The notes beneath the pieces are model-generated. The model saw only the letters and a program-made list of their open reading frames with translations, had not been told where the DNA came from and did no database searches. This document shows, piece by piece, positions 10,994-20,954 of a stretch of 64,000 nt of DNA. How positions within the stretch are numbered: the stretch's first letter is position 1; each line of letters begins with the position of its first letter. The position numbers and the translations under genes are program-made. Origin of the DNA: an uncultured Actinomycetes bacterium (GTDB lineage Bacteria; Actinomycetota; Acidimicrobiia; Acidimicrobiales; AC-9); the NCBI GenBank assembly GCA_963731255.1, contig CAVSUO010000008.1:304090-368089 (forward strand), read 5' to 3'.

Positions 10994-11793
10994 GTGACCG
11001 GGCTGCGTTCCAGACCTGTCAGCTCGTCAGCGCCCCCCCGAATGGACCCCCGCATCCGCCAGCGCCGGTCCGCCGTCAGGCGGCGGGAGGGCCAGCGCCG
11101 GCTCAGAGTCGTGCTCGCCGTGGTGGGATGCACCGTGGTGACGGCGGCGACCCTCACCCTCCTGTACTCCCCGCTGCTCAGCGTCCGCCAGGTCAACGTG
11201 TCAGGCGCCCGTCACACGAGTCGTCGAGGCGATGCTTCGTGCTACCGGGCTCGATGGTCACCCGCTCATGATGCGTGTCGACACCCGCCGGCTGCAGCAG
11301 CGCCTGGACGCGCTGCCCTGGGTGGCCACGGCCACCGTGACCCGCGACTGGCCGTCGACGGTCGGGATCTCGGTCGCGCGAGCGCGTCCCGGCAGCCGTG
11401 GTGACCACGGCAAACGGCGAGTGGGCGGTCGCCGACGACACCGGACGGGTGCTGCAGCGCTCGACCGGCGCCCCACCCGCGCTTCCCGCGTTCCGCGCCG
11501 TCGAGAAGCTCCCGGCGCCGGGGTCACAGTTGCCCGCCTCGTCGGGTCCAGCCCTGCGTGTGCTCGGCGCACTCCGTGGGCGCCTCATCACCCAGGTCCT
11601 CTCCGTCGACGTGCGTCCTGACGGAGAGGTCGCCCTCACCGTGTCGTCCGGCGTCGTCGTCCAACTGGGCGACGACACCCAGCTCGATCGAAAGCTGGCG
11701 GCGACGCAGACCATGTTGTCCCAGGTGAGACCGCCTGGCGTGCAGACGATCGACGTGAGGGTGCCAGAGGACCCGGCCCTCGTGCCCCGATGA
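10994..11793 (+). pseudogene. ftsQ: Cell division protein FtsQ (POTRA domain), two frameshifts at about 11215 and 11390
   Basis: Basic N-terminus plus a TM helix (ORF 10994), then the POTRA-like segment LDALPWVATATVTRDWPSTV (ORF 11232), then the C-terminal domain (ORF 11398). Sits between murB and ftsZ. Confidence 0.75.
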
Positions 11794-11897
11794 CCGGCGC
11801 CTGACGGCGGCGGTCCTGCGGTGGAGGTCGTGGCCTGCGCCTCTCGCTCACCCTGACGGATGTCGCGGCGCGGACACGAGGTTACGAAAAAGAAGTC

Positions 11898-11927
11898 TTG
11901 ACCGCGCCCTGACAGCAGCCGTATGGT
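11898..11927 (+). promoter_or_regulatory. Candidate sigma-70-type promoter upstream of ftsZ (TTGACC, 18 nt, TATGGT)
   Basis: The hexamers were read directly in a locally lower-GC patch of the 370-bp ftsQ-ftsZ spacer. No experimental support. Confidence 0.3.
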
Positions 11928-12167
11928 CGCGCCCGGCTTGAGATGTCATACGGACCCTCGAGCTGCCGTCGAGGTTGAGGATGAGGTCGAGGCGGGCGGC
12001 GATCAGCACGGTCGGGAAATGCGTCAGAGCCCTGTTGGGCGGGCGTGCTGTGCACCACTGAGCGTCAATCGCGACCCCAGCCCTGCCCCCGTCGGAGAGG
12101 CTGGCAAATGAACAGCGAGGACACGGCGCACGGCGCGCGGTGCACACTCAGGGGAGGCGAACAGCCT

Positions 12168-13267
12168 ATGGCGGGCCCAGCGCAGAACTACATAGCCGTG
12201 ATCAAGGTCGTCGGCATCGGCGGCGGCGGCGTGAACGCGGTGAACCGGATGATCGACGCCGGCCTCAAGGGCGTCGAGTTCATCGCGGTGAACACTGACG
12301 CTCAGGCGCTGCTGATGAGCGACGCCGACGTCAAGCTGGACATCGGTCGCCAGCTGACCAGGGGCCTCGGGGCTGGCAGCGACCCCGAGATCGGCCACGA
12401 AGCCGCCGAGGAGCACGCCGAGGAGATCGAGGAGGTGCTCAAGGGCGCCGACATGGTCTTCATCACGGCGGGCAAGGGTGGGGGCACCGGTACCGGCGGG
12501 GCACCCGTTGTGGCCGAGATCGCCAAGGGCGTCGGCGCCCTGACGATCGGCGTCGTCACGCGGCCCTTCTCCTTCGAAGGGCGACGGCGGGCGGTTCAGG
12601 CCGAGCAGGGCATCCAGCGGCTGAAGGAAAAGGTCGACACCCTCATCATCATCCCCAACGATCGCCTGCTCACCGTCTCCAACGACAAGACGTCGATGGT
12701 GAACGCGTTCAAGATGGCCGACGAGGTGCTCCTCCAGGGCGTGCAGGGGATCACCGACCTGATCACCACGCCGGGACTCATCAACACCGACTTCGCCGAC
12801 GTGAAGATGATCATGCGCAACGCCGGGACGGCGATCATGGGCATCGGCAACGCAGCCGGCGACGGGCGCGCCGTCAACGCCGCGCGCGGCGCGATCACGA
12901 GCCGCTGCTGGAGGCGTCGATCGAAGGCGCCCGCGGCATCCTCCTCCAGATCGCGGGCGGCAGTGACCTCGGTCTGTTCGAGGTCAACGAGGCGGCCGAG
13001 ATCATCCACGGTGTCGCCCACCCGGACGCCAACATCATCTTCGGCAGCGTTGTCGACGACGCCATGGGAGACGAGGTCCGGGTGACCGTCATCGCCGCCG
13101 GTTTCGAGCACTGGGACGAGGGGGTCCCGCGACGGGAGGAGCCGGCGCGGGGGCTCGGGCTCGACCGCGACGGGGAGGACGGGCTGGCCGTGAGCGATCT
13201 CGGCGGAGGCGACGAGGAGCTGAGACTGCGGGACGACGACTTCGACGTCCCGTCGTTCCTGAAATGA
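12168..13267 (+). pseudogene. ftsZ: Tubulin-like GTPase FtsZ, single 1-nt deletion at about 12902
   Basis: ATG 12168 follows [20 protein letters not shown] and [13 protein letters not shown] motifs are present. The frame switches at agc-c(c)g-ctg, and the C-terminus ([10 protein letters not shown]) continues in ORF 13064..13267. Confidence 0.9.
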
Positions 13268-13271
13268 ACTC

Positions 13272-13937
13272 GTGAGGTTCGGTGCCGGCCCCGTCCAAGC
13301 CCGTTGGACGGGGCGGCCCGAGGGTGACCTCGGGCCGGCCGACGCCAGCGACGGCTCGGAGCTCGAGCTCCGACGCCGCGCCCTCGTCGACCGGTCATGG
13401 AGCTGGGCCACGCAGGTGCACGGCGCCGACGTCGTCGTTGTCCGCGACCCCGACGACCCCGGAGGTGCTCGGGCCGACGCCCTCGTGAGCGATCACCCTG
13501 CATCCTGTCTGGCCGTCTTCACCGCCGACTGCGCACCGATCGCCCTCTCGAGCCCGGAAGGTGTGCTCGGCGCCGTGCACGCCGGCTGGCGGGGACTGAT
13601 GGCGGGGGTCGTCGGCAGCGCCGCCCGAGCCATGCGTGACCTCGGCGCCACGCGGGTCGAGGCAGCGCTCGGTCCCTGCATCCACGTCGAGTGCTACGAG
13701 TTCTCGCCCGCGGATCTCGACCGCGCTGTGGACCGCTTGGGGCCCACCGTCGGGGGAGTCACGGCGTCGGGACGGCCGGCGCTCGATCTGCCCGAGGCGG
13801 TCAGGGTCTCCTTGCGGGAGGCCGACGTCGAGCTCGTAGCCTACGAGGACGTGTGCACCGCCTGCTCGCCCGGTCACTTCTCCTACCGGGCTCGCGGCGA
13901 ACGACAGCGGATGGCGCTCGTGGTATGGCGTGCATAG
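13272..13937 (+). CDS. pgeF: YfiH/PgeF laccase-domain (peptidoglycan editing factor) protein
   Basis: TADCAPI, HAGWRG and C..C..FSYR motifs, in the conserved position after ftsZ. Confidence 0.8.
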   Translation: MRFGAGPVQARWTGRPEGDLGPADASDGSELELRRRALVDRSWSWATQVHGADVVVVRDPDDPGGARADALVSDHPASCLAVFTADCAPIALSSPEGVLGAVHAGWRGLMAGVVGSAARAMRDLGATRVEAALGPCIHVECYEFSPADLDRAVDRLGPTVGGVTASGRPALDLPEAVRVSLREADVELVAYEDVCTACSPGHFSYRARGERQRMALVVWRA

Positions 13938-14605
13938 CCGCGGCCGAGATCAGCGAGCGCCTGGACCGGCTCCGCCGTCGGATCGCCGACGCCGGCGGCG
14001 ATCCGGCCCGGGTGAGCATCATCGGCGTGACCAAGACGTTCGGACCCGACGTCGTGCAGGCGGCGATGGCGGCCGGGGTGCGTGACCTCGGTGAGAACTA
14101 CGCCGGCGAGCTCGGCGCCAAGGCACGAGCCGCGGAGGAGATGGGCCTCGCTCCGCGCTGGCATTTCATCGGGGCGGTCCAGCGCAACAAGGTTCGGTCG
14201 GTGGCGCCGTATGTCCACCTGTGGCACGGGGTGGCGCGGGCCGAAGAGGGTGCGGAGATCGCGCGGTGGTCCCCCGGGGCCGCGGTGCTGGTGCAGGTGA
14301 ACGTGAGCGGGGAGGCGACGAAGAACGGCGTCCCGCCGGGCGATGTGGCGGACCTCGTGGCTCGCCTCGTCGACGTCGGCTTGGACGTCCGGGGTCTGAT
14401 GGGCATCGCGGCGCAGGGCCAGGCCGAAGCGGCCCGGGGCGGGTTCCGGATGCTCGCCGACACCGCCCGCGAGCTGGAGCTCGCCGAGCTCTCGATGGGG
14501 ATGACCGACGACATTGAGGTGGCCGTCCAGGAGGGCGCCACGATGGTCCGCGTGGGCCGGGCCCTGTTCGGTCCCCGCCCATCGCGACTGGGGCTGCGAG
14601 AATAG
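13925..14605 (+). CDS. yggS: YggS/YlmE family PLP-binding protein
   Basis: ATG 13925 overlaps the pgeF end. GVTKT (PLP lysine), HFIG.VQRNK and SMGMTDD motifs are present. Confidence 0.85.
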   Translation: MACIAAAEISERLDRLRRRIADAGGDPARVSIIGVTKTFGPDVVQAAMAAGVRDLGENYAGELGAKARAAEEMGLAPRWHFIGAVQRNKVRSVAPYVHLWHGVARAEEGAEIARWSPGAAVLVQVNVSGEATKNGVPPGDVADLVARLVDVGLDVRGLMGIAAQGQAEAARGGFRMLADTARELELAELSMGMTDDIEVAVQEGATMVRVGRALFGPRPSRLGLRE

Positions 14606-14632
14606 GCTGAGGGAAGCCAGAAGGAGGCGTGG

Positions 14633-15154
14633 ATGGCTTCGTTTGTCCGACGAACGATGATCTATCTCGGCTTGGCCGATGACGAGTACGAGGAGTACGA
14701 GCACTACGAGGAGCCCAGGGCGACGACCTCGGGCCGTCGCCAGTCGCGCGTGTACCCCGAGGGTGAGCCCGAGGAGGCGACGCCTGGGACCATCCGGACC
14801 CTGACTCGCGAGCAGGCCTCACCGGCGCCGCAGCGCGAGGAGCGCCCCACGATCGTGCGTCCGATCACGCCCGACAAGGCTCCCCGTGTGCACGTGGTCG
14901 CGCCCGCTCGCTTCGCCGACGCCCAGGAGATCGGCGACCGGTTGAAGGACGATCAACCGGTGATCGTCAACCTCCAGGTCGTCGATCGCGACCTCGCCCG
15001 CCGCATGATCGATTTCTGCAGCGGGCTCGCTTACGCGCTCAGCGGGTCGATGGAGAAAGTTGCCGACCAGGTGTTCCTGCTCACCCCGTCGGACGTCGAG
15101 GTCTCAGCTGAGGAGCGACAGCGCCTGCAGGAGCGCGGCCTGTTCCGCTCGTAG
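14633..15154 (+). CDS. sepF: Cell division protein SepF
   Basis: Begins MASFVRRTMIYLGL, with a disordered linker and a conserved C-terminal domain (PVIVNLQ..D..ARRMIDF..G). AAGGAGG lies upstream. Confidence 0.9.
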   Translation: MASFVRRTMIYLGLADDEYEEYEHYEEPRATTSGRRQSRVYPEGEPEEATPGTIRTLTREQASPAPQREERPTIVRPITPDKAPRVHVVAPARFADAQEIGDRLKDDQPVIVNLQVVDRDLARRMIDFCSGLAYALSGSMEKVADQVFLLTPSDVEVSAEERQRLQERGLFRS

Positions 15155-15157
15155 GCA

Positions 15158-15421
15158 GTGGGCGTCAAGACCATCATCGCCTGGGTCATCCAGGCGTACG
15201 TCATCGTCATCTTCGCCCGCGTCATCCTCAGCTGGTTCCCCATCACTCCGGGTACACCGATGGCCTCGGTCGCCAGGGTGCTGTACAGCGTCACCGAGCC
15301 GGTGCTCGGTCCCATCCGTCGGGTCCTGCCTCCGATGCGCATGGGCGGCATGGGCCTCGATCTCTCGCCGATCGTCGTGCTGATCGGGCTGCAGATCGTG
15401 TCCCGAGCTGTGCTCGCCTGA
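15158..15421 (+). CDS. YggT family membrane protein
   Basis: 87 aa with two TM segments and the ILSWFP / TEP.L.P.RR..P motifs, in the dcw-distal position. Confidence 0.85.
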   Translation: MGVKTIIAWVIQAYVIVIFARVILSWFPITPGTPMASVARVLYSVTEPVLGPIRRVLPPMRMGGMGLDLSPIVVLIGLQIVSRAVLA

Positions 15422-15464
15422 CCATCCGCGCCCCGCTCGGATGTCGTAGGTACTCTGGCCACTC

Positions 15465-16379
15465 ATGGATATCGAGGTCTCAGCCAGAACGCTACGAGAG
15501 GTCGAGTTCCGTGAGAAGTTGCGGGGCTACAACCAGGACGACGTCGACGAGTTCCTCGAGCGGGCGGCGGCGGGCGTCGAGTTGCTGCACGACCGCCTGC
15601 GGCAGGCCATGGAGCGGGCGATGCGGGCCGAGCAACGGGTCTCCGATCTGCCCGACGACGACGATGCGCTGCGGCGGACCTTGGTGCTCGCTCAGCGGAC
15701 GGCGGACATGGCCGTGAAGGAGTCGCAGCAGCAGGCTCGAGAGACGCTGGCGAACGCCCAGTCCGAGGCTCGGTCGATGGTCACCGAAGCCGAGGAGCGC
15801 GCCCGGCGCACCACCGAGGAAGCCGAGCGCGATCTTCGGGAGGAGCTCATCCGACTGGAGAGTGCCCGCCAGCAGCTGCACCAGGACATCATCCTCCTCG
15901 AGCGTCACGTCGAGGAGGAGCGCGGTCGGATGCGTGCGGCGCTCGCCAACGCGGCCGCCTGGGTCGATCAGAACCTGTCTGCCATGGCGCCGCCACCGCC
16001 GTTGAGCGACGTCGACGTCCCGGCACCGACTGCACCTCCGGCGCCTCCGCCCGGACCATCCGACGACGGCTTCGATGGCGATGGCCTCGATGGGGATGGC
16101 GAAGCGGACGCCGACCAGGGTGGCGCCGAGCAGGGTCCTGCCGAGGAAGGTCGCCCGCCTGTACCCGTCGGCATGGGTGGCGCCGGCGCACCGAGTGGCG
16201 CGGGGCGGGAGGATCGCCCGCCGGGAGCCGGTAGCGGCATCTTCGACGCCGAGCAGTGGGAAGGCGCAAGTGAGGACAATCCGACCCGAATCATCAGGGT
16301 GCAGGGCTCCGCCGGAGAGCACGCGCCCACCCGCGTGATCAGGGGCCAGGGCCCGACCGGGGGTCGTGGGCAGGTCTAG
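15465..16379 (+). CDS. divIVA: DivIVA domain protein (Wag31-like)
   Basis: N-terminal FREKLRGYNQDDVDEFLERAA, followed by coiled-coil sequence and then a Pro/Gly/Asp-rich tail. Confidence 0.9.
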   Translation: MDIEVSARTLREVEFREKLRGYNQDDVDEFLERAAAGVELLHDRLRQAMERAMRAEQRVSDLPDDDDALRRTLVLAQRTADMAVKESQQQARETLANAQSEARSMVTEAEERARRTTEEAERDLREELIRLESARQQLHQDIILLERHVEEERGRMRAALANAAAWVDQNLSAMAPPPPLSDVDVPAPTAPPAPPPGPSDDGFDGDGLDGDGEADADQGGAEQGPAEEGRPPVPVGMGGAGAPSGAGREDRPPGAGSGIFDAEQWEGASEDNPTRIIRVQGSAGEHAPTRVIRGQGPTGGRGQV

Positions 16380-16395
16380 AACGGCTCGTTCTAGA
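16375..16395. promoter_or_regulatory. Perfect AT-rich inverted repeat TCTAGAACG-gct-CGTTCTAGA spanning the divIVA stop codon
   Basis: Read directly: 9-bp arms with a 3-nt spacer. The composition is atypical for this genome. It could be an operator or a terminator stem. Confidence 0.4.
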
Positions 16396-16453
16396 ATACT
16401 CAAGTGCGATAGACAGTCGGCGTGGCCGAACGCTGCGCTTCGGCTCCCCCCAC

Positions 16454-17626
16454 TTGGCTCCCTGGGATGGTGGCTCGGTGTTGTTACTTTTGACCGTCGG
16501 CCTCCTGCTGATCGGCCTGGTCACCCTGGTGATCGGATTCCTGAACAGCTCGTTGGCCCTCGACTACATCTCGATCGCTGCCAGCGCTCTTTCCTTCGCG
16601 CTCGTGCTGCTGTTCACCCGACTCGGACGGGCTCGGTCGGCCCGGACCGCGGCCGCTCGCGGCCGGCAGGAGCCGGCGCCGTTGGCGTCGAGCGACACCG
16701 GCGACACCGGTGTGATCGAGCTCGATCCCGCCGACTCCCTCGCCCCTGAGACGGCGGCCTTCCCGCCGGCCTCGCGGGGCCCGCGGGCAACACCGAGGGC
16801 ACCGGAGCCGGCGATGCCGCAGGCGTTCGACGAGCCACCCCTGGAGGAAGAGGACGAGGACGACGCATCGGTCTGGGAACCCGAGCCGGCGCCGCAGCCT
16901 GCCCCGCCGGTCTCGGCCCGTGCACCCCGCGGTCGGTCGCCCTACGAGCGTCCGTCGTCGCGGGAGGCTGACATCGCCCCGCCAGTGCCTGCCCCCGTCG
17001 GTCGCCGCGACGACCATCGCGACGACCATCGCTACGACGACGATCGCTACGAGGACGAAGTCGATGAGGGCGGACGGCACCTCCAGGAGTACGACGATCT
17101 GGAGTTCCCCATCGCCGACTACGACGACCTCCGCGTGGCCGAGATCCTTCCTCTGCTGGAGGAGCTCGAGCCTGACGAGATCGAGGTGGTGCGCCACCGC
17201 GAGCAGTCGGGTCGCAATCGCGCCGTCGTGCTCCGCAAGTTGGACGAGCTGATCGGTGGGGCCGCTGTTCCCTCGGCGGGTCGCCGCCCGGCGACGCCGG
17301 TCGTGAACGGGACCCGCCATCGCCCGACGGCCGAGCGCCCCGCCGAAGTCGGCTACGACGACGAGGACGCCGCATACGGTGACGGCTACGACGGTGCCGA
17401 GGCGGACTACGACGACGGCGGCACGGGGCCGCAGCACGTCGCCTTCCCGATCGCCGACTACGACGATCTGCGTCTGACCGAGATCCTGCCCCTCCTGCCC
17501 CAGCTGGAGCCGGTCGAGCTCGAGATGGTGCGCCAGCGAGAGCTCGAGGGCGAACGGCGGGCCACCCTGCTCAACCGCATCGACGCCCTGATCGGGACCG
17601 GACCCGCCCGGGCGTCCTCCCGCTAG
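16454..17626 (+). CDS. Membrane-anchored hypothetical protein with two copies of a roughly 50-aa FPIADYDDLR...LI module
   Basis: Two N-terminal TM helices, a Pro/acidic low-complexity region, and internal repeats at nt 17105-17260 and 17444-17599. The start could be TTG 16454 or GTG 16478. Confidence 0.6.
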   Translation: MAPWDGGSVLLLLTVGLLLIGLVTLVIGFLNSSLALDYISIAASALSFALVLLFTRLGRARSARTAAARGRQEPAPLASSDTGDTGVIELDPADSLAPETAAFPPASRGPRATPRAPEPAMPQAFDEPPLEEEDEDDASVWEPEPAPQPAPPVSARAPRGRSPYERPSSREADIAPPVPAPVGRRDDHRDDHRYDDDRYEDEVDEGGRHLQEYDDLEFPIADYDDLRVAEILPLLEELEPDEIEVVRHREQSGRNRAVVLRKLDELIGGAAVPSAGRRPATPVVNGTRHRPTAERPAEVGYDDEDAAYGDGYDGAEADYDDGGTGPQHVAFPIADYDDLRLTEILPLLPQLEPVELEMVRQRELEGERRATLLNRIDALIGTGPARASSR

Positions 17627-17656
17627 CGGTCGCTCGCCCGCGGGGCGCAGCGGGAC

Positions 17657-20600
17657 TCAGACGACCCGGCTCAGGCCGACACCGATCGAGCGAGACCGCC
17701 CGACGTCGTAGCGGGCCTCGTAGTCGAGGCCGGAGCGGTCCAGCGGGGCCAGCTCCAGGTCGTCGGCGAGGGTCTGTTCCATGAGGTATCGCCGATGGGA
17801 CCCCACGGCGTCACCCGCTTCCCGGTCGAGATCCAGCACCAGCCGGATGTGGTCGGAGACATGGAGGCCGGCGTCCCGGCGGGCCATCTGCACGGTGCGG
17901 ATCAGGTCGCGCGCCAGCCCCAGCCGGGCCAGCGCCGGTGTGACCTCGAGATCGAGGGTGACCACGCCGTCGTTCCGGGGCAGGCTCCGGCTGGAGACCT
18001 CGTCGCGGGGCTTGAGGCGCACGGCGAACTCGTTCGGCGCCAGGGTCACGCCCGCCGCCTCGACCTCGTCGTCCGAAACCCTGGACCAGTTGCCCTGGCG
18101 TGCCGCGGCCAGGACCTTCTGGGTGTCGGCGCCGAGGCGCGGCCCGACGACCGAGGGGTCGACGGCCAGGATGAGCTCGCCCGCCTCGTCCACGTCCTCG
18201 GTGAGATGGACGTCCTGGACGTTGACCTCGTCGGCGATCAGGCCCACGAAGGGCTCGAGCCGACGGGCGTCTCGAGCGGCCACGGTCAGGGACGCGAGCG
18301 GCAGCCGGGCCCGCCGGTCGTTGGCCTTGCGCACCGAGTGGGCGGCAGAGGCCACCTCGCGCACGAGGTCCATGTCGGCGACGAGTGCGGGATCAGCCGG
18401 CAGGGCGTCGCGCCCCGGCCAGTCGGTCAGATGGACGCTGCGCTCGCCCGTGAGGCCGCGGTACACAGCCTCGGTGACCAGTGGGAGCAGCGGCGCGGCC
18501 ACCTGGCACAGCACCCGGAGCACGGTGGCCAGCGTGTCGTAGGCAGTCCCGCTTGTCGCCGTCGGTCTCCGGGTCGTCGCCCACGGGCTTCCAGAACCTG
18601 TCTCGGCTTCGGCGGATGTACCAGTTGGTGAGGGCGTCGAGGAAGCCGCCGATGGCGGCACACGCTCCCGGCAGGTCGTCGGCGTCCATCCTGGTCGTCA
18701 CCTGGTCGACCAGGGCCGAGGTCTTGGCCAGCACGTAGCGGTCGAGCACGCCCGTGGCGTCGGTCCGCCAGCGCCCCCGGATCCGGTCTGTGTTGGCGTA
18801 GAGGGTGAGGAAGTACCAGGCGTTCCAGATGGGATTGATGACCTGGCGCACGGCGTCGGAGAACCCCTTGTGGTCCACCATCTGGTCCTGTCCCCGCAGG
18901 ACGGCCGACGAGAGCAGGAACCAACGCATGGCGTCGGCCCCGTAGGTGGCGAAGACCTCGTTGGCCTCGGGGTAGTTGCCCAGCCGCTTCGACATCTTGC
19001 GTCCGTCGTGGCCCTGCAGGATCCCGTGGGCGATACAGCTCGTGAAGGCGGGGCAGTCGAACAGCGCCGTCGACAGCACGTGGAGCGTGTAGAACCAGCC
19101 CCTCGTCTGGCTCACGTACTCGACGATGAAGTCGGCCGGGAAATGGGACTCGAAGCGCTCGCGGTTCTCCATCGGATAGTGGAGCTGGGCGTAGGGCATC
19201 GATCCGGACTCGAACCAGCAGTCGAGGACGTCGTCGACCCGGCGCATCGTCGAGGCGCCGGTGGGGTCGTCGGGGTTGGGACGGGTGAGGGCGTCGACAG
19301 CGGGGCGATGGAGATCGGTCGGCCGTACCCCGAAGTCACGCTCGAGCTCGTCGAGGGTGCCGTACACGTCGATTCGCGGATAGCGGGGGTCGTCGCTCTT
19401 CCACACCGGGATGGGCGCGCCCCAGAAGCGGTTGCGGCTGATCGACCAGTCCCTGGCTCCTTCCAGCCACTTGCCGAAGGCCCCGTCGCGCACGTGGGCC
19501 GGCGTCCAGCGGATGCGCTGGTTGAGCTCGACCATCCGGTCGCGGAAGGCCGTCACCTGCACGAACCACGAGCTCACGGCCCGGTAGATCAGAGGCGTGT
19601 CCGTTCTCCAGCAGTGCGGGTAGCTGTGGACGTAGCTCTCCCGGGCGAGCAACGCGTCCGAGGCGGCGAGGTCCTCGATGATCGCCTCGTTGGCGTCGAG
19701 CACCTGCAAGCCGGCATAGGGGGGGACCTCGTTGGTGAACCGGCCCCGGTCGTCCACGGGAGCGACCACGGGGATGCCGTTGGCCTCACCGAGGCGCTGG
19801 TCGTCCTCGCCGAAGCCGGGCGCGGTGTGGACGATGCCGGTGCCCTCCTCGGTCGACACGAAGTCTCCGGCGAGGACGCGGAAGGCCCCCGGCGTGTCGG
19901 CGAAGAAGTCGAACAGGGGACGATAGGTCCGGCCCACCAGGTCGCTGCCCTTGAGCGTTGCGACCCGCACTGCGTCCCCCAGGACGTCCTCGTAGGCCTC
20001 GGCTCTCGCCTCGCCCACGACGTAGCGCTTCCCGTCGCGATCGAGGACGACGTAGTCGATGTCCGGCCCCACCGCCAGGGCGAGGTTGGACGGAAGTGTC
20101 CACGGCGTCGTCGTCCACACCAGGACCCGCAGCGGCTCGCCGTCGAGCTCGAAGGCCACCGTCACGGCGGGGTCCTCCCGGGGGCGGTAGGCGTCGTCCT
20201 GTCGGGTCTCGAAGTTCGACAGGGGCGTCTCGCACTCCCAGCAGTAGGGGAGGACGCGGTAGCCCTCGTAGATCAGCCCCTTGTCCCACAACCGGCGAAA
20301 GGCCCACAGGACGCTCTCCATGTACGAGAGATCCATCGTCTTGTAGTCGTTGCCGAAATCGACCCAGCGAGCCTGTCGGGTGACGTACCGCTCCCACTCG
20401 TCGGCGGTGCGCAGGACCAGGGAGCGGCAGTGGTCGTTGAACCGCTCGATCCCCATCGCCGTGACGCCGGCGCGACCGGACACGCCCAGCTCCTTCTCGG
20501 CCACCATCTCGGCGGGCAGCCCGTGGCAGTCCCAGCCGAAGCGCCGTTCGACCCGGCGCCCCCGCATGGTCCGGTACCGGGGGACGGCGTCCTTGACGAA

Positions 20601-20813
20601 GCCGGTCAGCAGGTGGCCGTAGTGGGGGAGACCGTTGGCGAACGGTGGACCGTCGTAGAACACGTACTCGTTGGGACCGGCTTCTCTCGCCCCCACCGAC
20701 GCCGCGAACGTGCCGTCGGCCGCCCAGAAGTCCAGGATCTGCTCCTCGAGCGCCGGAAGCTCGGGCTGCTGCTCGACCTGGGGATACGGCATCGGTGCGG
20801 GCTCGCCGGCCAT
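17657..20813 (-). pseudogene. ileS: Isoleucyl-tRNA synthetase (type 2), one frameshift at about 18540
   Basis: ORF 18393..20813 carries [14 protein letters not shown] (HIGH) and [10 protein letters not shown] (KMSKS). The C-terminal domain continues in ORF 17657..18661. Total length is 3157 nt, which is 3n+1. Confidence 0.9.
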
Positions 20814-20954
20814 GGACCCACAGTAGGCGGGACAAGTCTGCGTTCCCGGCGGGTTTCACGGGCATCCACCGGCTGGTCGGGACGGGAGTCGTTGCTGTTG
20901 CCGGGCCTGTCGGGTACGATCCGACGCCCTCGGCGACTTCTCAGGACCGAGCTC
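20814..20954 (-). promoter_or_regulatory. Structured ileS leader; weak candidate for an actinobacterial ileS T-box
   Basis: On the minus strand there is a hairpin GUCGG-AUCGUAC-CCGAC presenting an AUC (Ile) triplet in its loop. Downstream lies CCGGUGGAUGCCCGUG, with a helix CCGGUGG/CCGCCGG. The match to the T-box consensus is poor. Confidence 0.2.

Noticed and set aside
18870-20954. The N-terminal two-thirds of the 995-aa + strand ORF 18870..21857.
   Set aside because: This part is antisense to ileS and has no recognisable domains. Only the segment from ATG 20955 (the DksA/TraR-like gene) is credible.
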